A stretch of DNA of 32,000 bases from Candidatus Heimdallarchaeota archaeon (GCA_030668875.1 DAOVER010000026.1:9222-41221), one strand, 5' to 3'. Shown: positions 12,101 to 17,166, counted from the stretch's first letter. Notes: generated by a model not told the origin, from the sequence alone. A program made the numbers and translations.

Positions 12101-12765
12101 TAAAACTTGCTCAAAAAGACCAAATTGCACTAAAAGAAAAGCTTACCTACTTAACTGTTGAAGATGTTGAACGATTAGAACAAAGTAACATCACTTCCAT
12201 ACAACAGTTATTGTTCCTTACAAAGGAAAATAAGACCACCTCTTCGCTCCAGCGAAGTAATGTGAAGAAATTCATCCAGCTACTTGGAATGCCTTTAAAT
12301 GCAATAGATATACAAGAGACAATTATTAAACAGCTAGAACAACAAGGTATCACTTTAGTAAAAGATTTCATTATTTATCCAGCAGAACCTATGGCTGGCA
12401 AAGTAGATTTAAGCTATGTTATGATTAAAAGGATTAAGGGAAGACTCCCCTTAGCTACAAAAAAGAAGGCTAAGAAATCTTCTCAAAAAACTTCTTCAGC
12501 AAAACCTACAACCACAAAGAAAACTACAATTGCCAAGAAATCAGTAACAACTCAACGAAAAGCTAAGACAACAACCGCCTCTTCTAAACCAAAACCAAAA
12601 GCTAAGGTTAAGCCAAAAGCTAAAGCTAAACCAAAACCAAAACCAAAATCAACTAAACAGATGACTTTGATGGATATGAAATCTACTTCAAAAAAGAAAT
12701 CATCTCCAACTTCAAAAACGAGAAAAAGCTCAAAAACCACTACGAAAAAAGGTGAAAAATCATGA
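136..12765 (+). CDS. top6B: Giant DNA topoisomerase VI subunit B fused to a ~50-module HhH-like array and a basic C-terminal tail (4209 aa)
   Basis: The first ~540 aa carry the Top6B GHKL motifs ELVENGLDA, DNGVG and GTKYGVIQTRGRFGLG, an H2TH segment (FLAEHFMGVTNEIAEDFF) and the transducer motifs RYANRIPL and IPFPETSKEYI (switch Lys). The ORF overlaps top6A by ATGA. The rest is repeated LxxPIxx(L)...L...G(I/V)x(T/S)(I/V)xx(L/F) modules. Confidence 0.95.
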   Translation: MSDDKRAKKMSAAAFFNDNKAIAGFGNSMRAVFTSIRELVENGLDAAEIRGVNPVISIYLRKLSSREINDLLDVTQYKKLEKHLDFLQLTCRDNGVGVPSNQIADLFGRVLTGTKYGVIQTRGRFGLGAKMCLLHSMSSVDLPARIKSRYFMDDMTHELHLMIDLERNQPIVMEQREYLSGDPNALEEPGVEISITFTGAWRLAKNSVKEYFRQLAIITPYASFDIKVPGDKEGEFEELHYVNVVDDMPPPPQHIKIHPWGCDITQFKAELSSTKTKKMKAFLAEHFMGVTNEIAEDFFQLLEIDPNKSPSNITSKEIRRIVHEGFIKAYQEAKDVKRKRDRIFQFDPPRGDALSPLGAGRLRKGLEKELQPKFVEAVTRPPKAYSGHPFAIEATMGYGGSVNEAAQAKGATVNDNKIIYRYANRIPLIFGAGNDVITQVVSSIRWNDYGLTRQSDPLAIAVSLVSTKIPFPETSKEYISNVPEIEEEIRLALMQLGRRLKTFLSRAKRRKREHARLSRFVKSAPVIIENLTQILEDENLKFTDFRLETDRISASLAHGSPKKVRLYMPIGTRLFGANVWCPNNIQTALKNNNIESVSEFLLKDSKELAAFLQMTKAQIYDIKLRTISELDRDNLSPSFDTKTLVSRLVERRFSSEGERRYISLKDALYRRWIQNVYHYLATDFDKLRAVSGMLEKFFETKKDELLNDYLAKGAKTGKNTISTIDKAIATFNTVSDLKKEQLYPPFKYLKSETDNVLGEDLSIEEFLYQTVQPTSINYHPEITRTLIEYLKIVFTQITNKFPAFAASNITRMKPDWTDGYTKNAFHRRKIKTVNDFLNHSTDDLIDIKELERILYEQYIELIASNSKSVPLKDFSFVEIQQLKEDETLVMKDLAKHGIKTLAQFLSCTSEKILLKKFNTLGTLLLKESKFKLSANLHDTNRIVDQSHIKIIPENVETEFVRNQIFTTSSFLAKSSVILKKMGMKKKDIERAKKELGTPLQNWVDHDEILKKCGIVILEELFFNDSSEYNLTPEEKKKYDENIIFLRSPLIFALPELRSSSHLLTEIGINNIGRFLIWSNSELSDILYLSVNEIKALKKKIVYQKQIQSRDELGKGLTLLSRHYPNLVKYFDKEAPSIQDLYYAYQSENFSFNTGFWKKLYKLSELSQQEAIDLVHLYPKNFKDIDTLKEALLRLKSRNVETIRQFMELQPEIIESKLSVSKERKVARALYDTIRSRRFEGEQELHKQILLLSEYDEFQRNFGSPISRIPELALEELEKFRSHDILAVHQIFDHTVDEIATVLGREKGSVQQFMSSFTLLQKGTPFFEKVDRNKYKSLVSFEFEDLERFSSIEIQSLIQAGYASVDQIFYLTHPLTFSSSILNWNVVDKFRKLLRSPLTLVTWEKTVKTKTFDETENKEVEVEDVQISTLTTLQLNILQNQGISRIIDLLVSKPETLAEALSISMEEAKILQKDIRISDTGTDLAELDIFKSEIVDKLEENNVLTLEDLYFSTSKSKWRVKEVPWDIIESFKSILNLPLAHLSDMLDEDILTALEDANVKTLLGFMLTTPESLMNKTGIPDERFETIKRGMDISDIFSYFSLPSYFLPGLTFQQTEILKENGLKSVAEFIISSPQKINKLIKVPAKQFREITADLTTQSLQALYDEKGIFAFETKLFDKMEQRLLGRDSIFEFDRFQTIQEMYYTLNRDFYQNNQDLWEKVSAIQKVLSLPLHIFTEISEYALEIMSQNGINYVYQLLFIHDSDITDPLLFRTVSTYSSKIIEMRAFHYFSKLPAFVYNSNYFKRILKDTVNKSLSDVITDEKVIKDLAAKDKQYLYENYNLTIIRSILELPLRITPYFTRIKKVRRDEYKNTKIGDVFDIDLEEHSALSSFYSRLYEENSFNKLISQLTIPISSMGLPRELALKLSKSSIGTLIDFYSTPEKQVSEITGFSQKNIREIKDGLTYSNIVSFRVSQAHKIKPSSFVSEKQIFDLMGKSISDIESLFYSAEHLGISKLLPLENYKKIKEILSGSIRFVGFLSFDEIRRLEYHNINSIIDFALLSKKDLFTITQNPIYKEFHVLDLISFDELSEKRIQAAIPLSLCPSIEEDYLEKIKEIGINSIQDFISRMTEIRESHPHLVKLDIFREVQMYLSSVAYIGLNNESVQKLIYSGVGDILSFITEDPSTISLILGISEKQVDKYVKLAVPSNLVEKVDNKGVLLTEFSGLSRGRRNSLLKSGKETVQDLFSSRYQAYSQSNISDALMSEFIESCNMSLYRIEEIEPGIKAKLSKSGITRIIDLFCSTDAGLKKALDGKLPKEFKQIRKGHFTLTKGIPLSLNEPLQDIIRELNIEPSNKKIEDMFGFVPEFLLQFTESERIEKDKNLAFLEQIVSFLSLNILSLPSFDTTTKLILWNRGIRHIIELLSTNMNKIDGIPYQVISEVRSYQKNFSLSRSMSETFSPYIDDVLNLPVKKQIRFQNYGLTSALLLVDFIPHPIFSFTANEQSILRIISNNMFKPITWLSSDVSFKIEDINLLIQNRAINILSALLLLSDQDDTKALDTLSNKYYKPISAYLNSSVLQLSAPEWALQLSNTKIITDANSLKLLKKENISYLDEFLTLESKFLNNPNLITDVLPKLLSLKSLPISSISDLSPSNIQKLKRSRINNVYEFLVVPAPLLSNLLSISVENVNATKSSIDLSSLEKTAKLTGLDLELFPELSQDSRIILQRRGCVSLNQASKMDLDLIPLLSEDKLLLQNLIAMLFTPTTLIGKILKLTKNEIDELLIRDVCTYVDLLELPQKTWPAKIRKSLSDKDSDPTYLIKNLQNLEKFGVPIEKLDLAKSVTKALVDAGIVTIDHLYYLPITYVSARSKVKQPILEEIKKKLSYNINFLQDISHTTLAGCYSKDSFTIISCLIYWNNLSKEIRTDLEGSLDSIKLIEETRFIEPLTPTETKLESIGIHSLRSFILSPQIKKETGLATKLLPSLLANIRFLSLDPKQISRLKKTGFVTVADLLLNTSKTISVKSKLGKNAIDEILNNIKIDNLTSLIKSMEQEHLHDAFYLSTNDKTFLKSIGVYSLADLNEYTVLDWFVSKQKIQKIKKKINALLDTNILYYPGITSKQYAEVVEQYFMRNIFTIKDLMISTTVEKTSDLIEFLTIFSTNKPKIQSQYVTSLSFLKGIETKDLFEKNVKLEKSATINDLIVALYRNSEELTKKGDDIIKQINYPISFSSKLNLNEANDLRSKNILSYGDVLTKPVGYWGTFASAKLKKKILEILSTITSQNIENEGKKRVQLSSMKIFDTNLKKQLTSNYKTIDEVIHAIKTEDTKILKPLERKITKVLSTPISLLKLPKIKIKSWKRLISTVSTLEEFYLLTDQELVKILSSSKEEIVKLKINLGSENIILPPRIKENKIFTSSDVTELSANGISNYVQLFEVTIEISKLSTSLKDKIAFYKEFDVKQLDENIEETILLKDFVFLDFYADSLALSRIQKESVKNLSSLLLSRGTHLSKIFDIDLFDIDPNKDKSNLLNTTIEYFLLIEKYRPKVYTKIVESLQEKYSSQLNTLLSYLNRSPILLSGPNLSNINKIVKLPYENIKDLLLLSKEKLIREINDVAVQRNVRGLTLSVLKDLDSKLTYIPKEFLTAYEINQLKKENIYSFEEALVFNRKSTSRKSKPWLLSEKVRKISTINTLSLSSYLPSSKIQERLLKLKITNVYELVYYCQNTEKEEDLSLCQSVIQSVSSINIEEIETKERSRFTKFFNDPDILSYLRSQDIRTFGPLVHYLEQLEDEAFTPEIEKILSVMRFPVSVLSDNKKLVLKLEGEGYNQVVNLLIPAKIINSLKSNITENQKKVLTSLINMLTYQEICRIITKDHYPISKLSLIDDILLKELVKAGYASVAHLKSAETIIADTSKLNLQQISRIVRLFDSSIYYMSEMLKDYPQSAFTLYNKGVNTLWDIFLVGSKEISKITGISVRQITSYLSTLNPQAIKLAQKDQIALKEKLTYLTVEDVERLEQSNITSIQQLLFLTKENKTTSSLQRSNVKKFIQLLGMPLNAIDIQETIIKQLEQQGITLVKDFIIYPAEPMAGKVDLSYVMIKRIKGRLPLATKKKAKKSSQKTSSAKPTTTKKTTIAKKSVTTQRKAKTTTASSKPKPKAKVKPKAKAKPKPKPKSTKQMTLMDMKSTSKKKSSPTSKTRKSSKTTTKKGEKS
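1860..12450 (+). repeat. Protein-level array of ~50 diverged HhH / alphaCTD-like modules within Top6B
   Basis: Examples: LTIPISSMGLPRELALKLSKSSIGTLIDFYSTPEKQVSEITGFSQKNIREIKDGL (5857-6021), KSLPISSISDLSPSNIQKLKRSRINNVYEFLVVPAPLLSNLLSISVENV (from 8053), FGVPIEKLDLAKSVTKALVDAGIVTIDHLYY and LGMPLNAIDIQETIIKQLEQQGITLVKDFII. The count is by eye and approximate. Confidence 0.85.
12460..12762 (+). repeat. Low-complexity Lys/Ser/Thr/Ala/Pro-rich tail with KP/KA dipeptide repeats
   Basis: KKKAKKSSQKTSSAKPTTTKK...KPKPKAKVKPKAKAKPKPKPK...KKGEKS; the DNA has AAACCA repeats at about 12586-12648. Confidence 0.9.
12751..12755 (+). promoter_or_regulatory. Shine-Dalgarno motif for top6A, inside the end of top6B
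   Basis: GGTGA lies 6 nt upstream of the ATG at 12762. Confidence 0.7.
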
Positions 12766-14171
12766 GTTCAGATCATAAATTTGTTATTAGTAATTCAACA
12801 GTTTTACCTGCTATTGAGAGAACTGCTTCTTTTGATAAGGATATTCTAGTTAGAGAAATATACAGTTGGGCTAGAGAAACATTTGACCTCAAACGAGGAT
12901 CATATGTATTATTCTTAAGAAGCTTCAAGAAATGGCACAAACTTGAACCTACAAGAAAATTATCTAGATACAATCTCCAAAAGGAAACAATGAGCATTAG
13001 CATAAAAAACTCAGTTTCAATAGACAAACTACAATCCGTTAGAGAAGAACTAGAACATTTAACAAAATACTTAATGCCTTTTGGTGTTACTCACGTAGCA
13101 ACCAAGAATTCACAAGAAACAAACAATCTTCTTGTTGAATATGCTTTAGATTTCCTAAATCAAGCAATGGTGTCACCTAATGATGCAGCTTTTCAGATTC
13201 CATCTAGAGCGGGAACAAATGTAGGTTTTGATGAGGATCAAGAATTAGTTCTTATCGGTCGTCAAATGATTGATAGACAATTTAGAAATTTAGCTTCAGT
13301 AAGTTCTGTTGAGCAAATGACCATTGTTATGAAACTCATTCACGATATTCTTTCCAGAGATATTCACAGTACTAAAAGAGATATATTCTATATGAATGTA
13401 AATGCATTTGATAAGCAGTCTGTTTCTGATTCTCTTATAGAAGATGTGGGAGCAATGTTACAAGTTACTCGTTCATCTTTGAATATTAGTGCTTCTTCCA
13501 AAGGGATTGTTGTTGGACGTATTAGTTTCAAAGAAAAAGGGGATCTCATAGATTGTCGTGCAATAGGAGCTGGCAAAGCTATATCACCAAATATTGATGA
13601 TATAGAGAGTATGGAAACTGATGCAGAAATGTGTTTGGTTATTGAGAAGGATGCTGTCTTCAATAGGCTTGCAGAGGATCAGTTCTATGATTATGTCCCA
13701 AGCATCCTCATAACAGCAAAAGGTCAACCGGATATAGCTACAAGACAATTTTTGAAGAAAATAAACGATGATCTCAGTCTACCTATATTTGCTATTATGG
13801 ATGCCGACCCTTATGGTTTTGAAATTATGCGTGTATATAGCGTAGGGAGCAAAGCATTGAGCTTTGAATCAAGTCATCTAGCCGTACCTAGTATTAAATG
13901 GTTGGGTTTACTACCAAGTGATCTTTCTCCTGAAAGTGGATTTGATATTCCAAGAAGTGCTTTAATTAAAATGACTTCTAAAGACATTCATCGATCTAAA
14001 CTGATGCTAGATGAGGAATTTGTCAAAAGAAAACCAAAATGGAAAGAGCAACTAGAAATCCAAATAGCAACTGGGTTTAAAGCTGAAATACAAGCACTTA
14101 ATGCAAGAGACCCACAATATATTACTAATTTCTATCTTCCACAAAAAATTGAGGCGGGAGATTTTATCTAA
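12762..14171 (+). CDS. top6A: DNA topoisomerase VI subunit A (Spo11 family) with an N-terminal ubiquitin-like domain
   Basis: The catalytic Tyr motif is TKRDIFY (Y210, nt 13389-13391). Toprim motifs are VIEKDAVF and DADPYG, with ITAKGQPD and KAEIQAL also present. Residues ~5-82 resemble a beta-grasp Ubl domain. Confidence 0.97.
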   Translation: MSSDHKFVISNSTVLPAIERTASFDKDILVREIYSWARETFDLKRGSYVLFLRSFKKWHKLEPTRKLSRYNLQKETMSISIKNSVSIDKLQSVREELEHLTKYLMPFGVTHVATKNSQETNNLLVEYALDFLNQAMVSPNDAAFQIPSRAGTNVGFDEDQELVLIGRQMIDRQFRNLASVSSVEQMTIVMKLIHDILSRDIHSTKRDIFYMNVNAFDKQSVSDSLIEDVGAMLQVTRSSLNISASSKGIVVGRISFKEKGDLIDCRAIGAGKAISPNIDDIESMETDAEMCLVIEKDAVFNRLAEDQFYDYVPSILITAKGQPDIATRQFLKKINDDLSLPIFAIMDADPYGFEIMRVYSVGSKALSFESSHLAVPSIKWLGLLPSDLSPESGFDIPRSALIKMTSKDIHRSKLMLDEEFVKRKPKWKEQLEIQIATGFKAEIQALNARDPQYITNFYLPQKIEAGDFI

Positions 14172-14232
14172 AATGATGTACCTATCAGGATAAAGATTAG
14201 AAAAAAAGTTGGCGATTAAGAATCGTTGATCT

Positions 14233-14613
14233 TTACTTTAGCAGGACAATCTCAATTGTGGATACTGTTTTTGGACCATAACCTTCTACATCACTTGGCA
14301 ATTCTTCAGATCCTATAACCACTTTATCAATTACTACGCTGTCTATCGGGTATTTTCTACGAGCTATTTCAGCAACATCAACTGCTTTCGAGATTTGTCT
14401 TCCACGGGCTTGAATTCCACACTTATTATGTTTATTGAGTATTGTAATTGCAACTAAAACATAGCTAATCGTTGGTTTCTTTCCGATGTAAATAATATGA
14501 CTCCGCTCTCTGTACTCAGTTGTGGGTTTAGTGGCTTCTTTAGGCGTTTCTTCTTTCTTAGCTTCTTCCTTAGCTTCTTTCTTAGCTTCTTCCTTAGCTT
14601 CTTCTTTACTCAT
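14233..14613 (-). CDS. albA: Alba DNA/RNA-binding chromatin protein with an N-terminal EEAK repeat
   Basis: IYIGKKP...YV...ARGRQISKAVDVAEI...IGSEE...VSTIEIVL are Alba motifs. ATG at 14613 is preceded by AGGTGA and is preferred over the GTG at 14622. Confidence 0.95.
   Translation of the reverse strand: MSKEEAKEEAKKEAKEEAKKEETPKEATKPTTEYRERSHIIYIGKKPTISYVLVAITILNKHNKCGIQARGRQISKAVDVAEIARRKYPIDSVVIDKVVIGSEELPSDVEGYGPKTVSTIEIVLLK
14557..14604 (-). repeat. 4 x 12-bp tandem repeat encoding (E/K)EAK
   Basis: On the + strand: CTTAGCTTCTTC, CTTAGCTTCTTT, CTTAGCTTCTTC, CTTAGCTTCTTC. Confidence 0.9.
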
Positions 14614-14778
14614 GAATTTCACCTATATTCCATTGTCTGTCAAATGCTTCAGTATAAGCGTTATTAAAATGTCATTCCCACGTTTAAAAATTTTTCCTCC
14701 TCCTTAAGTGACACACAAAAGAACAAATAAATACATTAAGGTAAAACAAGAATAGGGCTTAATAAGGCCAAAGGATGT

Positions 14779-16575
14779 TTGATAGATTTGAAGTTTCCAA
14801 GGTTCATAATTGATTCTTTAATCATTGTGCTAAGTATATCTTTGCTTACTTCTATTTATACTATCTTTGGGTGGTTTTTTCCTCTCTTTGAAAATTACAT
14901 TATTATTCTTGATATCTTTGTTGGGATAGGTTTTATTATCTATGGATGGTTATTGAGACGATGGTTTCTTAAGAAGAATCTTGATGAGAAAGATGGTTCA
15001 TTGATACATTTTTTTAAGATAATTCTTCCAGTATTTGGTTTAATATTGGTCATTGTATTAGTAATTGGTTTATCTAATCTATCAAAGATAATTCTCCTAG
15101 CAATGATTTCTAACTATTTATTAAATATCTTTCAGATCTTTATTGTATCGATTCTAGTTGGGATTTTCACATTTACATTTATCGAGAATAATCTTGGAAT
15201 TCTTCTTTTCAAAGAACCTGTAGTTGAACAAGAAGACAAGCTCGGTTCTGATTTAATGAGAAAGCAGCTAAAGAATCTCGTTGACAAACAATGGAAATAT
15301 GGTATGATTATTCTATGGATATCTATTATGATAGCAAATCTACTAGTTTTTCTCGCATATCCTTCCATACCTGCAAATGAAGTGAGTTTTACCTATCAAA
15401 ATCTTGATTTTAGTTTTCCTAATTTTGCGTTCACATTCAACACAGAAACAGGTTTTAATCAACAATTCTTCTCTAGTGTTTCTATCCCTTCATCTGCACT
15501 TCTAAATTGGAAATTAATTCAATCTCTCATCAGTCTTATTTTTCTGGGTTTGCTTGTTCTACTCATATATCTGCCTTATTCAAAGATTTCAGTGGAAAAA
15601 AATAAGATTAATGTAAGTTCAGCACATACTGAAAATGTTCAAGAAATAGATGAGAAACTGGGTACTGTCCCAATTTCCTTAACCACTTCTGACATTATCG
15701 AACATTTCGATGATATGGACACTGAAATTCTAGCTTTTAAAGTTCTGTCTCCACAACCTACAAAAGAATACTTGCCTTCAAACATAATAAGCCCTAAATC
15801 AAGAGGAAGATTTTCAAAAACACTAAATAGAATGAAGAACAGTGATGTAATTCCAGTTATGAACCTGGCGAGCTTGAATCTATTTCTGGCTCTCTATATT
15901 GTTAGTTTATTTGACAGATTGGGAATAATAACAAGTATTGCAAATGATGTGTTTCAAGATTCATATGCTCTATTAACACATCTTTACTGGGCTGGGTTAG
16001 CAGAAGAAGTATCATATCGTTTTCTTTTGTTTGGTGTTCCTTTGTTTGTCATTTATGGAGTAGTTTTTCTATTCATTTTCATTATAAAGAAGACACTAGT
16101 CAAAGAGAAGAAAGAAGAAGATCTTTCAAGATTTGCAATGTGGGTTAAATCCAAAACACCAATAAACCCCCTACTCTATTTGAGTGGTAGATGGAAAAAA
16201 CTGAGAATTCTTGATGTCATATTTCTATTACTTTCGTCATTCGGTTTTGGTTATGTTCACTATCAATTTGGTTGGGATGCATGGAAAATATTTCAAGCAG
16301 GAATCGCTGGAATTATTTTTGGTTATGCTTTCTTTAAATACGGATTACATGCTGCGATAATTTTGCACACAATAAATAATTTTGTACTAGGAATGCTAGT
16401 ATCTCTAAATCTTGGTTTTATGTTATCTGGTGGCATTCTGTTTATTGTTATTACTGTTGCTGGAATATTGGTATTGCTGAATTTAACAGCAAAGGCACTA
16501 ACAGTATCTTTTAAATTCCTTAATACTATATTCAAAAGAAGTCAACCAAGTACTGATACCTCTAAACAAAAGTGA
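14779..16575 (+). CDS. Polytopic membrane protein with a C-terminal CPBP (type II CAAX protease/Abi) intramembrane metalloprotease domain
   Basis: AEEVSYR (EExxxR), FGYVH (FxxxH) and HTINN (HxxxN) motifs; many hydrophobic segments. Confidence 0.88.
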   Translation: MIDLKFPRFIIDSLIIVLSISLLTSIYTIFGWFFPLFENYIIILDIFVGIGFIIYGWLLRRWFLKKNLDEKDGSLIHFFKIILPVFGLILVIVLVIGLSNLSKIILLAMISNYLLNIFQIFIVSILVGIFTFTFIENNLGILLFKEPVVEQEDKLGSDLMRKQLKNLVDKQWKYGMIILWISIMIANLLVFLAYPSIPANEVSFTYQNLDFSFPNFAFTFNTETGFNQQFFSSVSIPSSALLNWKLIQSLISLIFLGLLVLLIYLPYSKISVEKNKINVSSAHTENVQEIDEKLGTVPISLTTSDIIEHFDDMDTEILAFKVLSPQPTKEYLPSNIISPKSRGRFSKTLNRMKNSDVIPVMNLASLNLFLALYIVSLFDRLGIITSIANDVFQDSYALLTHLYWAGLAEEVSYRFLLFGVPLFVIYGVVFLFIFIIKKTLVKEKKEEDLSRFAMWVKSKTPINPLLYLSGRWKKLRILDVIFLLLSSFGFGYVHYQFGWDAWKIFQAGIAGIIFGYAFFKYGLHAAIILHTINNFVLGMLVSLNLGFMLSGGILFIVITVAGILVLLNLTAKALTVSFKFLNTIFKRSQPSTDTSKQK

Positions 16576-17165
16576 AGAATATGAGCTACGGGCAAAAATT
16601 ATTCCTTAAGGTAATCTTAGCAGGAGAAGCTGAAGTAGGAAAAACAAGTTTAAGACGTTCATATCTTGGAGAAGGATTTGTCAAAAGTCATCTTCAAACG
16701 ATAGGTGCAGATTTTGCTTCATTACCAAAAACAGTCAAAGATTATAATGTTCTTTATCAGATTTGGGATGTAGCTGGACAAGACATATTCGAAAATGTTC
16801 GGATGATGTACTATAAGGGTACCCTTGGTGCGATGATGGTATTTGACGCTACAAAAATTAATACTTTTAGAGCATTGGATCGTTGGATAAAAGAGCTTGA
16901 GAAAGGTACAGAAAGAGGAATTGTTCCATTCTTCATCCTCGGCAATAAGATGGATTTAGTTACTCCTGCAAAAAAAACCAAACTAAAAGCAGAAGTCAAT
17001 AAATACATAGCTGGGTTGAACAAAAAATATTCTGACAAGGGATTTACTGTAGAGTATATTGAAACTTCTGCTAAAACCGGTGATAATGTCCATTCCGCTT
17101 TTGAACAATTAGGAGTCAAGATTATAGATTATATTCAACATCGAAAGAAAATGAGGGGTAAATAG
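16572..17165 (+). CDS. Rab-like small GTPase (Ras superfamily)
   Basis: G1 GEAEVGKTS, G2 TIGADF, G3 WDVAGQ, YYKG, G4 NKMD, G5 ETSAK. The start is GTG 16572 or ATG 16581. Confidence 0.95.
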   Translation: MKNMSYGQKLFLKVILAGEAEVGKTSLRRSYLGEGFVKSHLQTIGADFASLPKTVKDYNVLYQIWDVAGQDIFENVRMMYYKGTLGAMMVFDATKINTFRALDRWIKELEKGTERGIVPFFILGNKMDLVTPAKKTKLKAEVNKYIAGLNKKYSDKGFTVEYIETSAKTGDNVHSAFEQLGVKIIDYIQHRKKMRGK

Positions 17166-17166
17166 A

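Noticed and set aside
1860-12450. Direct homology to topoisomerase V
   Set aside because: Only the repeat type is analogous. No Topo V catalytic domain was recognised, and the catalytic part is type IIB.
1231-12740. Short minus-strand ORFs inside top6B (e.g. 1479-1763, 4452-4919, 9471-9794, 12552-12740)
   Set aside because: They are antisense shadows of a strongly coding gene with no recognisable motifs. 12552-12740 simply mirrors the Lys-rich tail.
136-12765. Intein(s) as the explanation for the size of Top6B
   Set aside because: I saw no C/S...HN-C/S/T splice junctions or LAGLIDADG motifs. The core is contiguous and the extra sequence is C-terminal.
14557-14604. Possible CRISPR-like repeat
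   Set aside because: The 12-bp units are contiguous with no spacers, lie in frame within a gene, and have no cas genes nearby.
14522-14707. Plus-strand 61-aa ORF with SLASFLAS repeats
   Set aside because: It is the antisense reading of the Alba EEAK repeat.
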